DNA of 64,000 nt. Origin: Botryllus schlosseri (Eukaryota). Under the pieces are notes generated by a model. The model saw only the letters and a program-made list of their open reading frames with translations, searched no databases and had not been told where the DNA came from. The position numbers and the translations under genes are program-made. Below are positions 12,534 to 26,329 of the stretch, piece by piece (position 1 is the first letter of the stretch; each line of letters opens with the position of its first letter). The DNA is taken from contig CM119376.1 of the NCBI GenBank assembly GCA_051294905.1, positions 26,846,001 through 26,910,000 on the forward strand, read 5' to 3'.

Positions 12534-15500
12534 ATGAATCTGGGTATCTACCTGACGATAGGGCTACTTGTCCTTCACGGAGCACGAAGTCAACGGAAAA
12601 AGAAGGGTAGGTCTATGTATGAATTTTACTGAAATTTTGAAACTTTATACTCGACCCTCCATGACTCTTTTCTTGACTTATCAGTTCTTATCAGTAGCAA
12701 TTATTGCGCTTGCAGCCCCCTGGCATCGACGAAGATTGCTAATAGGCATATTGACTGACAATATATTTTGCATTCATCAGTATATATATATAGGCCTACT
12801 GTAGATTATTCGACACTATAGCTAGAAGTCGACAGGTATATTTGTGTTCATACGTTTAATTATCAAATTTCAATTCCTTATTTAAATACGCAATGTGACG
12901 GATATTGGGAATAATATTCGATATGCATTGGCGTTGGTCATATCAAGTGCCTGTTTGCCTCAACCATTCATGTTACTCGACTAAAAATCGTTGCATATTT
13001 AGATACAAATAGTATTATCTTAACATTACATAAAATCAAAAAACATGATCTGAAACATATTTTTTCAAACTTCTTAGATCGAACTGTCTGTTATTGGTGA
13101 TGTATTATTTTCATTGTTCTTTCAAGACTACATTCATTGCAGTATAACTGGGAGACTTCTCGTGTGTCCCCTATCAAGAGTCGAAGGTACAAAAGCAAGC
13201 ATATAAACAGGAAATCAATCGAAAACATATTTAGCAAAGTACGACGTAACAATTAAATTGTACAAACTGCGCCAGAGAACCTCAGCTGTAGCGGTAACTA
13301 AGCGGAGTCATAACAAGAAAAACGATTGAGAATCAAAGTATACAATATTACAAAACGCGGAAAACACGTGGACGGTCACATAACAGTATAGGCCTATTAC
13401 ATATTAGATACTGTATATTAGGTGAAATAGTTTAAGATGGTACAGGAACTCGTTCGGTCGGAATGAAACTGGATTATTTAACTAATTATAATAATCAACC
13501 GCGGATCCCAATGCAGATAAATGAAAGGCAGATCTGCCTTTGAATATCATAATTTTACTTGTAATTTCGTAAATGCGTATTTACAGTTTCACACACACCC
13601 GGTGTGTACGACAAATTCGCGCGTAACGCGCGTATCGGAATGTCCATGTCCAATTCGCACATTTACGACTTGCGATTATATGTGATATCCGCACGGTAAT
13701 TTATTGTGACAGCCAAGCGGGTGTATGTTCAATTGTTCACCAGTTCCCCATAATGTTCAAGAACGATGTAGATGATTTATAATAAGTGACACAACGGTCC
13801 CTATACTCCACTCCAGCTTCCTATGTCATAATATCACCATATTACGAGATCATATACATATAAATAGCAGGGAAGTCCAGTAACAAAGTAAGCTACTTCT
13901 ACTTTTCGGAGTATAGTCAAGTTGGTTTTGCCTCCTTACTCAAGTTTTTAGACTTACTTCCACTTAACAGCTTTTCATTGCAAAATACTTACTTTTACAC
14001 AAAGTAGAAAGTAGTTTGGGGATATGCTTGCGTCATTATTAGGAATGAAATTGTTATGACCACTTGGTTAAAGAGCCCCTTCATCATAGGTACATGAATA
14101 TATTTTTACTGACCGCACTCAGTTCATTCTGTGTTGGTCGCGAAGATGAATCCTGCCATTTCAAAAGCGGCCAATTCTGACTGATTAACCACTAAGGGCG
14201 GATTTCATAAAGTTGGATTATCGATGAAGTCGATTATCGTGTTCATCAGGATTTAACGACACAGGTTTAAGGAAAACGGTCAGCTAGTCAGCCTTCAGGA
14301 TTACCGGACCACGACCTAACATCATTTTGTCGCTTGCCTTTTATATTCTCTGCTTTACTTTTCATTCAGTGTTCAATGTGCATGCCTTTTGTCTACTTCG
14401 CCTAGGGCAATGTGGGTGTCTGATCTCGAGGACTACTCCAAGTTATTTCGATACCTTCCTATCTTTTCATTGTATCGCAGTTTTCTGGCGTTTGGAAACG
14501 ATGAAAATGTTGATAACTGATACTGATTTTTGGTATACAAGGGCGGTTGATCGCAGCGCATAGAGTTAGTTTTAATCTCATGATTTGAGAAACCGTAAAC
14601 AACAATAGATAACAGTCATCTATAAGAACTGCGTACACTGCGTAACGTTTCTACGCGCAAATATTTCCGACAATGACCGTGACGATTGTCTCCTGGGGAA
14701 TGACTTCACAAAACAAGCAGACAATCAACGAACCATGTACCCACCATGGCAGAGCTAAATATCTTTCAACACTCTATAATCCGCTTCTTCGCGGTACTTA
14801 CTGATTACGCACGAGTTTCATTTCGCGATGGTGATAATTCTACCTATAATAGTCGCAGTATCTTTATCAGCAGCCTGACGTTTCATTCAACCAAATTGAC
14901 AACTGACAGCCAAGACCGCATTTTCGCATTATGATGCAATAGAAAACGCCACCTAATTGAAAACTCGGACACCTGGAGTAATCATCGCGAGTAACCTTAT
15001 CCAACTATATGCGTAGCGATTACCAGTTTTCCATTACCATTACCATTCTCCCGGATCAGAAAACTTTATGATCTCCGCCTAAATTGCGTCCCGATTAGCA
15101 GTTTTTAATAATATGATTAGTATTCTCCCGGATCACCTAACTTTATGATCTCCGCCGTAAAAGTTTGCAACCCATAGAACAGTGGTTCCCAACGTGGGCG
15201 ATATCGCCCCCCAGGGGGCGATTTGACGGCCTAGGGAGGCGAAAATGACGAAGGGGGCGACAGGGGGGCGAAAATGGACAAAGGGGGCGACAGGGGGCGA
15301 AAATAGCGAAAGGGGCGATAGGGGGGCGATGAAGCGTTAAAACGGCTATATTGGAGTCAATTCAGAGAAATGACCTTTTTTTTAGTCAACCCACGGAAAT
15401 TTGGTTGCAAAAGTGTAAATTCGAGAACCAGCCGAAAAGTTGACCTTTTTTTAGTCAACCCGACGATGATTACAGATTGTATACCGATTTTTCGGATCAC

Positions 15501-18500
15501 AAAATCTGGGGGGCGATGATCGGCGTTGAGCTTGAAAAGGGGGCGATGAGTCGAAAAAGGTTGGGGACCACTGCCATAGAACAAATCTACATTTTGAAAC
15601 TGCTTGAGTATTCTTCATATCATAATTTTCTATTTGAAGTTGTTTTGCTATGTCTATATGTCGAAATTGCTACTTGCACTTCGAAATGTAATACAGCGGG
15701 TATACGGTAATTGTGGCAGGGAACGTGTGAAGGTTGTTGTTGTTATTATTTATTTTATGCGTGCTGAATTTAATAATCCCAACCAACTGCAACCAAATAT
15801 ATAATTTATAAAGAATATCTGTAATTGTTGAATGCAGGGTGTGATCAGACCAGTTGACCCGACCCAGAGTCATATTGATCACACCCTGTCCTTCACTGTT
15901 AAAGGGGCACTGCGTTCTAAAATTGATGTTGTCTAAAATTGAGTCGCAGACCGAAAAAAGAATTGACCGCAGCCAATGTTCCCTCGAAGCTGCGCACGTG
16001 CGCAGTGCTGACACGGTATCTGCGCACAGAAAATCTACGTTGCGCACAAAAAAATCAGAAGAGATGGCCTTTATTTAGTTGTTACGCACTGTTGTCCAAG
16101 GGTCTGCACAGTGAGTTGGTGAGTGTGCGCAGACTCGTCAAAAATTCGAGGGAACATTGACCGCAGCCATTTTCTTCAGAAAGCCCCCGTAATGGAGCTG
16201 GAATTAAATGAATTTTGTTTCTTGTTATTATTTCCTGCGTCAAAGTTATTTACTTTACGGTTGGACGAATCAATAAATCTCTTTCTCTCTCTCTCTCTCT
16301 CATGCTAGCTGTAATATTTGCAGCAAATTTACGGAAATTAAACCATCAGTGTCTCGTCATCTATACGATTCGAGTATACTTTGAATAAACGTTTAGTCGC
16401 GACCCAAATTTATATACCCTTCGCGGCCCATATACTTTGGGAAGCACTGCTCTAAAATATTATCTTTTGACAGGCTCCGCAAATTCTAAAGGTGGTAAAT
16501 TCATCCCTGGAAAAACGAGACTGTCATCTTCTTCATCTTTTAGCAATCCAAGATCGAGAGGGTGGGTGTCATTTTGTTCTAACAGCAAATTTACAAATCA
16601 ATAATTCATCACGACCTTTAAGATTGGATCTTGCTTCAATTGATGTTATTATGTTGATACCTAAAATAAGGAAATATTCAAATAGCACAATTGCTCTATG
16701 TCATATAATTAAAATGCCACTAATCAATTTCGATGAATACACGTACAATACGTGCAACAATACAATACAGTACAATACAATACACGTACAACACGTACGT
16801 TATCATTTCGCGACTCTCCAATGGGCTCTCTTCATAGCACCGTAATTTGGTCGCATGTGGTCGACTATGTCATAAGCTAAGCACATACAGATTTTCGTCA
16901 ATCAATTTCTGTATTTTTGGAATTCATAGCCCCACTCTCGGCGACGTGTTGCGAAGGAATGGTCAGCAAAACAACCCGAGACGAAATCCCACGAACCAAA
17001 ACCAAGGAGACTACAACGATCCTGACCCGAGGAATCGGTTAAATCACCTCACCAATATGAGAAATAACAAACGACAGAACGCTCAAAACAACAAGCCAAG
17101 CGCAGGAAACAACGCGGTTGTGCAATACCCGACCATCGGGAAAGTTATACCACCGCTCAAAAGGACGAACGGTGAAAAGCCACCATTTGCCCCGTCGTGT
17201 AAGTGTATATAGACCTGCATGAGGACAGTGAAAAGTATCATCTGGCCTTACCGGGTTAACATTGCTGAAACACGTATGACAGGGACTCACTGCGTCATAT
17301 CGGTTCAAGTCAGCATCGCTTGGGTGATAGTCACAAGTCCAGGATACCCGCAGAAGTTTCAAGGCCAAGTTCAATGCAGTTGGATGTAAGTTTGCATTAT
17401 ATCATACACAAGACACAAAAGTGGAGTTTATCCCTGTTTTCAAGCCTTGTTCTTCTCGACATGAATTTGTAAATTGTTCAATGTTCAAAGTTCATATTGT
17501 TCATATTGGCTTCCGACTCAAGAATCAGGAAGATATTGTTGGTGGCGCAATATAACACAACGTGACTTGCGCCAAAATCATTCTATAAGCTACCCGAGTA
17601 CAGCTAATGACGAGCAAGTGTTGTTTCAGAGCCACAGCGCCAGAAGGATATGGAATCCGAGTTTCGTTCAAAAAGCTCGATCTTCTGCCACCCAATGGCA
17701 AAGGATGCGGAAGCCAATTTGTCGAGATTATCGACATGACCCTGGAGAAATCTCAAGCCAGGTTCTGTGGCACGTATACTCCAGGTGACTACGTGTCAGA
17801 AGGTAAAGTTCATTACAGCTGTACTGCTAGGGCAGTGTTGACTGTTGAGCTTTCATGGATTTTTCTCGTACTCCATTATAAGACATGTTCATTGTTCATT
17901 TGTTCAAATCCCATCATATCATGCTGCAAGCTCTTAATCGCAGGAAACAAGCTACGCTTGGATTTGCAAGCTGATGCCATTGGCACGCCGTATACAGGCT
18001 TCATGGCTGCATTCAGAGCGGATCAGGAAATTGCAGGCCGAAGAGGTAAGATTTCATCACGTTTCGTAGACGACATCTGTAGCAACGATATTTTGTCCTT
18101 TCTTGCCATTTTCTTTCTTGCCATTGCCACTCGAAAGTTCAGAATAACCGTGTTCACGAGCATTGTGATATCGCAGATAGTATTTACGTAATTCTCTTCT
18201 TGTATGCGGTGAAATAAAAAGAAAATACAACCACCTACTTGCACAGGCTGTAGAAATAAACCGATTTCCCTTTAATGATATACAATATTATCAATTACTG
18301 GTATATTTCGAGTGATAGTTTTAGCCTCCAGCAAAATAAACTTCGTGACGGAACCGGACTAACCAGCCGGTCAATGATATCGAAACGATATTTCAGAATT
18401 ATATGTGATTTGTACGAGGTCTGTATAAACGTACACAAAATAGCTTGATGATTGGAAGTCTACCTGCTGGTTTATACTATAATATATAATAATCTTATTG

Positions 18501-21500
18501 AACAAAACCTTTGCAGAAACTAGCTACTTCGCAGACGGACAGCCTCAAGGCTTGTACAACCCTCTCACCGAAGCGTAAGTACAGTATATGTGCATTGTGC
18601 ATGTATGGATGACATTTTTGTGTAGTGTGAATGAACCTTTAAACTTTAAAGCATTAGATCAGCTGGAGCAGTGGGCAACTTCTCCAGTCGACGGGCCAGA
18701 TATAGGAAAATTAAGTACTTGGTGGGCCGGATTACTGAATCGATACATTATTCGCCCATTTATCCACATATACAAGGAATAAATCGTAATAATGAATGTA
18801 TTTTAACGACAGCAATGTCATTTCAAAGCCATTTCTCGCCGATAATGACGAATACAATGTGGATTTGAGAACAGCATTGTCGTACAGGCGCCGCCATGTC
18901 TGCTTCTCTCTGATCAGTTAACACACGGTGCAATCCACAATTAAGATTTCCAGGCGTTCGATAAGCCTGGTACCCTAAATTCACCAATATATCAATTCAT
19001 TCGGGTTGAGTACATGGGGTAAATTCCGATAATGCAAGCCTTCTCGTTACGACGAACTTACTCGTAAGTTCCACTCTCGCACGCTGCGCACATACGTATA
19101 TAAAACATTACAGTCACTAAAATTTGACGTTAAGCAAGTAGTGGGGAATCTTGGCAGACTGGGGCGGGAAACTGTCCGCGGGCCGTATGTTGCCCGCCCC
19201 TGAACTATTGAGTGCTGCTATTTTCATTAATTAGTTTGCTAAACCGACTGTATATAAGGACAGTGGTTTTCAGCATTGGAAATCCAAATAAATTGGCGCT
19301 GTAACTAGCAACAACCTATATTTGAACCCGAGGTAGTCATCATCTGTTATCATCTACCGCCAATCAAAGGATCAAATGTTCTCAGGAACGCTGAGTGGGT
19401 CCCGTACACATGTCATCTTGAAAAACGTTCCGTGACCAATTTTGGGTAGGAGCAACTCAGGAAATCATCCAAATTTGTGATCAAAATTTTGGTTTATACT
19501 GCATTCGTCTTTTGATGTTTCACCATCATAAATTTGTTGTATATTCAACGAAAAGATTGGTACTTATCCCATATTGGCCTATTTCACCACGATCAATACC
19601 ATAGAGCACGACACAGTGGAACAAAAGAAAAATAAATCAAGAGGGGGTTGTTCAGGGGTCATTGAGCAGGCTGGAAATGATTTTTATAATTGATTACAGT
19701 TATCGATAAGGAAACGAAACGATGGGCGTCATATTCCGCGTATAAACATAGAAAGGAATTAAGACATCGGTATAGATAATAAGTGACTGATATTCAACCT
19801 CCCATTTTAAGACCGCCATCAAACCCCCAGAGGGGAGTGCAGCGAACTAACCGTAAACCAGCAACCGCAAAACCTAAAGTGAATGCTGGTGCTGGCATCA
19901 GTGGGCAAAGGATATACGGAGTAAAAGACCAACCAAGATATCAAGGTTCGGTCAAGCGTTATAACCGTCGCCACGGCTGTAGTTGAAGTCATCTACTATT
20001 TAGATGACGGGAAGAAAGAAAAAGAGGAGGAGCCGCTGACGTCATCAACGACCCATCTTTATATCATAATTGCTGTTATTCTGGTGATTCTAGTAGCGGC
20101 AGGATCAACTTATGTTTTCAAACGGTAAATTACATACGATCATGGAGATTCGTAACCATTTTTAGTTAGCGTTAATGAGCATGCATGCAGTCGCACTCAT
20201 CATCATTATTGTATTATATTATTTGTCGATTCACGACAGGAATTGCAAATACAATGAAAAGAAAGGAAATATAGTTGGAACTACTTGGTGAAATCAATCA
20301 ATCAAACCCCCACCTTGGTCAACAAATACATAATTACTAGGGCGATTTTTTTGACATGTCATAATTTGTCAAAATTTTGTCAAAATAGTAGCGTTAGGCC
20401 AAAATTTGTCAAAATCGTTTACAAAGTCAAAATGTTTTTGACCTCTGCATTTCGTTTGTATCGTAGATTTTGCACTGTCGGTGAACTTATCATTTGATAT
20501 TTACAGCTTGTAGCCTACTTTATAAGCAACCGTTGTAGTCGGTCCATGTGTCTGCCCATTGTGAATCATAAAAGGTCAAATGAAACAAATAGGTTGACAT
20601 GGTGTTATGGTCAACGTATACCGTAATATCCTAACTGAAGCAAGACTGCTTGGGCATTGCATGGTTCTTATATCAAGAAGCGCATGATGTAGTGCACGCA
20701 CAACTTCAGTGTTGTCAGTCAACAACTGCTGCTGTTGAACGTTCTCTATTATTGGGAAGCTACTTATTAAGGACAGACACTTTCTACCCGAGAATGAAGT
20801 AAAGTATCTTTCGTTGTACTACAACAAATTTTAATTATTTCTACCCAGAGGTGGTCAGTAACGAAGTACTTCTACTTTTTGAAGTACTTGAAGTAGATTT
20901 TGCCTACTCAAACTACTTTTTAAGTAGTTATGGTTTTGACTACTTCTACTTCTACTTGACAGTTTTCAGTTTTGTAGGCAAAAATAAGCCCAGAATATCT
21001 ACTTACTTACTTACTTGTGAACCACCACTCCTACTTCTACTTGAGTAGAAATCCCGGCGTTACTTCTACTTCTACTTGAGTAGCGAGGGTGACTACTTTG
21101 ACCACCTCTGTTTCTACCATATTACGTGATATAACTACTGGAATATTTCATAGGGCCAGATTTCGTTAAAATACTTGTTTTTTCATGAACAAATTTGTCA
21201 GCTCTTTAGCCAAAAACGTTTTTTCAGGCCAAACTACTTCGTAAGGACAAACAGTTCTAACTAGAAATGAAGATAAGTAGTACAATTTCAACATTATGTG
21301 CGAAAACACCTAATTTCCATACGTGACGTCAAAATTTGGTGAAAATTCAGTTTTTTAGGTAAAAATCTTCCGTTGTTTAGGTAAAAATAAATAAATACGT
21401 ATATATTAAAACATATGGAATAATATTATGAAATGAGGCATACAGGCTCTACGAGATATAGCCTATACACTACATAATTATCAACAAATAGACAGAAAAA

Positions 21501-24312
21501 AGCGGCATACCATACTATATACGTGGTAGAGGCGAAGTCGGTAGGTTAGTATATATAGGATGATTATTCTGTCGAACGACGAAGGTTCAAACAGTCAAGT
21601 TTCCAATTAAGGCATCCTAAGAATAATTAGTGGACCGTAACTGCCGCACCCCAAACCCCCCAATTGTGGTGGGGGCGAGCTCGAAGGGGGCCCCAGATTA
21701 TTTCGTGAATTAGCATTAATTATAGAGTATTATTTGGAAATTTATGCAAATTTTTCAAGTTGCCAAATATCTTGATTATTTGGTACTCTTCCCCCAAGAA
21801 AAAACACGCAAGATTTATAGAAGTGGACATATCGGCATTGGCCATTACCACGCCACTACGCACCAAGATATAAAACGATTTAAGACATATTACATGCGAC
21901 TCCAAGAAGTGTGCCAGAACGATCGGCAGCGCGAAAAGCTTGGCCGAAAAGGACTGCTCTTAATAGGTTTAATTGTCCATAGGCGCCTAAATGACTGGCG
22001 CCATATGTTCCTGTCTTGGCAATCAGAACCTCAGAAGACAAATACCATCCCGCAGGAAAAAAATATATGCCAGTGAAGAAATACCAATTTGAAATCGTGT
22101 GCGTCTTTAGTTAAGTACGTTTGAGCGATTCTATATTTTTGATATAGCGCCCGCCCAAAGATGTTTAATTATTATTTACGGGCCCTACAGTTTCCGGTAA
22201 ATCTGATAACGCGAGCAGAGAGGACAAGAAATTGATAGCAATATATATGCAATTCCCGATCTTATTGACCGATTGCATCATGAATTATCGAGAATTTTCG
22301 CGCTTCGCGCTGGCTCACTAAACAGTGCAGCTAATTTCGTGGCAAAAGCGAACACTGTGATGAGAGGGTCGGTTTATCGCCCCATGGAAGCCCAAGACTC
22401 AAGTTTCTTGGGGGGCCTGACGAAGCGCTGTTTCGTTCCTGCCAACGGGTGTACGCCCGAAGATGTTTAATTATTATTGGGTGGTCATACGTTTTCAAAC
22501 ACACCTCGCTCAGCTTTACCGGTAAATCTGATTACGTGAGCAGAGAGAGGATCAAAATTGATAGCAATATATATGTAATTCCCGATCATATGGACCGATT
22601 CAATCATGATTTACTGAATTTTTTCGCGCCTGGCGCGTCCAGGCGGGAAAAGCTGACTCACCAAACTAACACTCAATGCAGATGTCAAATAGCGGCAAAA
22701 GGCGGATAGCCAAAGGGGACCCCAGAAGTTCGGTGTATCACCCTATGGGGGGCCCAAAGCCAACGTTTTTTTTGGGGGGGGGCTGACGAAGCGCTGTTAC
22801 GGCCCTGCATGTCACTATAGCATACAATCATTGTATGGCCTGAGTGATTTAGATTTCTTATGGAGGTAAGATCATTAATCGGGTCACCAGCGCAATAAAG
22901 ATCTTTCCATATTATTTTACCTGTTAGCCTATACTTTTGTATTCATATCGCCCTGTATTGATCATTCCCAATTCGAGTTCTACGATTCAGGTACTTTTAC
23001 AAACAAGCTAAAATATGGTGGAAGAAACGGAAGAATCAGAACGGCAGTCAGTTACCGAAACCTGTCGAAGACAATTACTCCATGAAGAAAATGCAACTGC
23101 CCGGGACAATTCCCTTGCCTCCTACGCCGAATCGAGAACCTTCCATTCACAGCGGTTTGTCAAGTGTATATACTATGTGGCGCATATAGCGGGATGATAA
23201 TCCTGACTCTGACCAGGCAGATGCAAAAAAAACAATTTTAGACTAATACCCGACTGAAATACCCGTTATTAAGCGATGACTGAATGTTTAGATGACGACT
23301 ATCCTGATATGTTCGGTACATACCCATACCCGCACCCACCATCGTATGGTCGAGCGACACGCCATCAATTGTCTCGATCCAATAGTATGGATGATGTAAA
23401 CATGGGCTGGAATCGGTGAGTGTATCCAGTGATGCACCATTTGATAACAATAATGCTAATAAGAATAGTCGTATAGGCAATCGTACGATGCAAAGTTTGT
23501 AGATATTTTATCCTACACCACACCACTTAATACCGTACGATTAACAATTAACCGTATAGTTATCCTATCTTTCCAGCGACCCAATATACGAAGACGATCA
23601 GCTATCTCTACACTCCGTCGCATCATCTCTGCGCTCGGCGAACAGACATCCGGACCACGAAAGGCTCAAACATCAGAAGTTACTGGAGCGTCAAAACTCA
23701 CTGCACATGCTCAGAAGAAGCTTCGGTTCTGATTACGACCCGTATACCATGGACCAATCGATCTACCCTGTCTACAACCCATACAGAAGCAGCGGCTATT
23801 ACCAAATGTACGGATACAGACCGGATGATGTGTACGGATCGTTGCCTGCCACGTTTGGACCAGGCCGATCCAACGCTTATGATTTCCACGACGATCAATT
23901 CATCGGGCTGAAATCACCGCGTCAGTTATATACGTCTTCCACGACTGATATCCCGGGTAACATGGCGAATCACAACGATTTCATGATGCAGCAGTACCGC
24001 GGCCGCTCTGCATCAGTGTACGACTTGACTACAGCGAGCATTCCGCAGCAATACGGTAGCGTCGGTAGCGCGTCCAATCCACCTGCTTTAAATCAGCGTC
24101 ATCCGTCTGTGACGTCATCAACAAACAATTCTTCCACTTCGACCAATCCCATACTAAAGAAAACCACTCCGGTACACCAAAACGAGCTCGCTTTCAGCGC
24201 GCTAAGAGCCGCTAAAAGCATGAATGACTTGACTGCTATAAACACGAAGTTGAATGAGAGCGTTTCGTGGACTCTGCCGCCCCAAAGGCGGAAAAGTGTG
24301 GCTCAATTATGA
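12534..24312 (+). CDS. CUB-domain type I transmembrane protein, paralog A (Tyr-rich tail)
   Basis: Signal-peptide exon from ATG 12534 (MNLGIYLTIGLLVLHGARSQRKKKG); its link to the next exon is unresolved. Then phase-consistent exons 16930-17198, 17283-17385, 17630-17802, 17944-18045, 18517-18574, 19812-19945, 20004-20124 (TM: LYIIIAVILVILVAAGSTYVF), 22991-23154, 23292-23415, 23577-24312. CUB: WTHC..VTSPGYP..QCSWIATAPEGYGIRVSF..GCGSQFVEI..RFCG..GNKLRLDLQAD..TGFMAAF. Confidence 0.85.
15180..15573. mobile_element. hAT-type MITE with internal GGGGGCGA repeats; related copy 26551-26938
   Basis: TIRs CAGTGGTTCCCAAC / GTTGGGGACCACTG; perfect TSD CCATAGAA. Confidence 0.9.
15974..16159. mobile_element. 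hAT-type MITE
   Basis: TIRs CAATGTTCCCTCGAA / TTCGAGGGAACATTG; perfect TSD ACCGCAGC. Confidence 0.9.
20340..20840. repeat. Dispersed repeat; inverted homolog at ~37915-38440
   Basis: TTTGTCAAAATTTTGTCAAAA...GTCGGTGAACTTATCATTTG...TTTCGTTGTACTACAACAAATTT is the approximate reverse complement of 37915-38440. Boundaries are approximate. Confidence 0.75.
20846..21110. mobile_element. MITE of a CTACTT-rich family (TIR CAGAGGTGGTCA)
   Basis: TIRs CAGAGGTGGTCA / TGACCACCTCTG; perfect TSD TTTCTACC. Confidence 0.92.
22150..22800. repeat. Tandem duplication of a ~300-bp unit inside a repeat
   Basis: AAGATGTTTAATTATTATT...CCGGTAAATCTGAT...AAATTGATAGCAATATATATG..ATTCCCGATC occurs twice (~22160 and ~22460). 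Confidence 0.8.
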
Positions 24313-24352
24313 TGTGTTATATCGTGGTATATAAGCGTGCAAAAGTACTGTC

Positions 24353-24358
24353 AATAAA
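24353..24358 (+). terminator. Polyadenylation signal of CUB paralog A
   Basis: AATAAA ~40 nt after the stop codon at 24312. Confidence 0.6.
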
Positions 24359-24402
24359 CGTAACATTTGCGGATAAATTATTGATGTGTTGGATGTGATA
24401 AG

Positions 24403-24633
24403 CATAGGTGGTCACTGGTCAGTAACGGAGAACTTCTACTTTTTGAAGTACTTGAAGTAGATTTTTCCTAGTCACACTACTTTTCAAGTAATTATGATTT
24501 TAGACTACTTCTACTTGACAGTTTTTAGTTTTGTAGGCAAAAATATGCGTAGAATACCTACCTACTTATTACTTGTAAACCACCACTCCTACTTCTACTT
24601 GAGTAGCGACGGTGACTACTTTGACCACCTCAG
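24403..24633. mobile_element. MITE, CTACTT-rich family
   Basis: Degenerate TIRs CATAGGTGGTCA / TGACCACCTCAG; perfect TSD GTGATAAG. Confidence 0.85.
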
Positions 24634-24734
24634 GTGATAAGAGGCGTTCAGAACGAATTACTTGCACTTTTCAGAGTACTCAAGTACTAGTTACTCAAGT
24701 GTTATGCTTTTACATTGCTTCCACTTCTACTTAT

Positions 24735-25683
24735 CATGAACGTGAACGTGAGGCATACGATCGCGTTCTGTGTGTGAACCTCAGAAATATAGAGGTTCAC
24801 GTTCACAAACGAACCTTGGTAGGTTCTGCACTGTAAACCTTTATCATATATTACAATTTTCACTTCATTATAACATCATTGATTGAAATTTATTGCATTT
24901 CAACTGCGGGCCACTCTATGCACATCGCTGGCAGCATAAAAAAAATCAACACTAAACGAACATGGACTTTGACAATCTCGAAAATTTTACTTTCTTTGTC
25001 ACAAAATTTGCTCGAATTATTCAGCTTTCCGTTTGTGAATATTTATTGACTCTCTGCTGTGAGCTTGACCCACAATCACACAATATCAAGGTCGAAGTAC
25101 TCTACGTGTAGTCAACGAATGATGCTTATTGAAGCAATCAATGAAATTGATATAGTTGTCTGATGTAAAAAATCTAACAGGCGTACGGGGTCAATCTTGA
25201 CTTTATATGTTTACTGTATCATACAAATCAAATCCGTGAGATTGGGGTGTTGGCTACTGCTGTATAGAAACCCGTTTTACGCTCTGCTCAATATCAACGT
25301 AGCAATACTCAGACGCCGAATACACTGTCCGGTCTGACCGATACCTTTGAGGCGTAAGCTTATATTCCCTTGCAAGTCCTCGTGGAAATTGCTGGCAAAG
25401 CAAAGGAAGATATTGATTTGGTGGGATTATTATATCATTTTGATTGCCCCAGTTGATACATTTAGTGACGTTACAAACGTTTATATGTACTGCGGCATTG
25501 TGGCATTATGAGACCCGAGTCGTCGCTAGGTATCGTGTACATTCAGGCTATCACTGCACGGTTGGAATTAACAATATGACGTCACGTGACGTCATGAGGT
25601 TCACGTTCGCGTTCACACAGAACCCTTCAAAAAGGTTCGCGTTCGCACGAACCTGAACCTTTCAGAGGTTCACATCATCCCTA
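24735..25683. mobile_element. ~1-kb non-autonomous element, decayed copy of 33844-34856
   Basis: Colinear homology with 33844-34856 along its length; right end GAGGTTCACATCATCCCTA, left TIR degraded. Confidence 0.85.
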
Positions 25684-25693
25684 TTTTGGACGC

Positions 25694-26329
25694 ATAGGGG
25701 GGATGTGGTACCGATGGATCAAAAATTGCAAAACGATCTCTGACCCTCACATCTTCAGCCGAGAATAGCGGATCTTTTGCTGTCTCAGCACTTTGATACA
25801 AGATCTACATATATCCCGGACATTTGCATAGATATCCTCTTTTTCAGAAAATATTTATAAACGTTCAAAAGTTGTAGATCGAACGTATCATCGGTCCCCA
25901 CCCGGTGGGTCCAACGGCACACGACCATGGGACCTATGAGACATACGCTCAAAACTCAAATTTTTCAACTTATTTTGTTGTGTGCTATAATCTCGGGCAC
26001 AGCAGGCCAATGAAGAATGTTTCGTCGCCACCTTTAGGAATAAAATAGATTATATCAACTCAAATGTTGGGATAAAATCACGTTTTGATTTCCGCCGAAA
26101 CTTACAAAATTAATACCACATACATATTACCGTAAAATCGACATTTGGACTTTCAAATACCTCGTAATAGCGATGAAATACCACACGAGGGTCGAAGTTT
26201 TTTGTATGTGACGAAAGATTCTGTCAGCATGCCATTGTAGACAAAGTCGCGCACTGTAATCATAGGATTATCACATAGAATTTTCCAAGTATTTTCGGCC
26301 CCAGTGTCTCATCGGTACCCCATCTCCCC
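25694..26329. mobile_element. TIR element of unassigned superfamily
   Basis: Ends ATAGGGGGGATGTGGTACCGATG and CATCGGTACCCCATCTCCCCTAC are imperfect inverted repeats. Confidence 0.6.

Noticed and set aside
17199-17282. Stop-codon readthrough joining two same-frame ORFs in paralog A
   Set aside because: An 84-nt GT-AG intron removes the TAG and restores the W-x-H-C motif conserved in B and C.
21525-21595. tRNA gene (GGTTCAAAC B-box-like)
   Set aside because: No cloverleaf or acceptor stem can be formed; at most a decayed SINE head.
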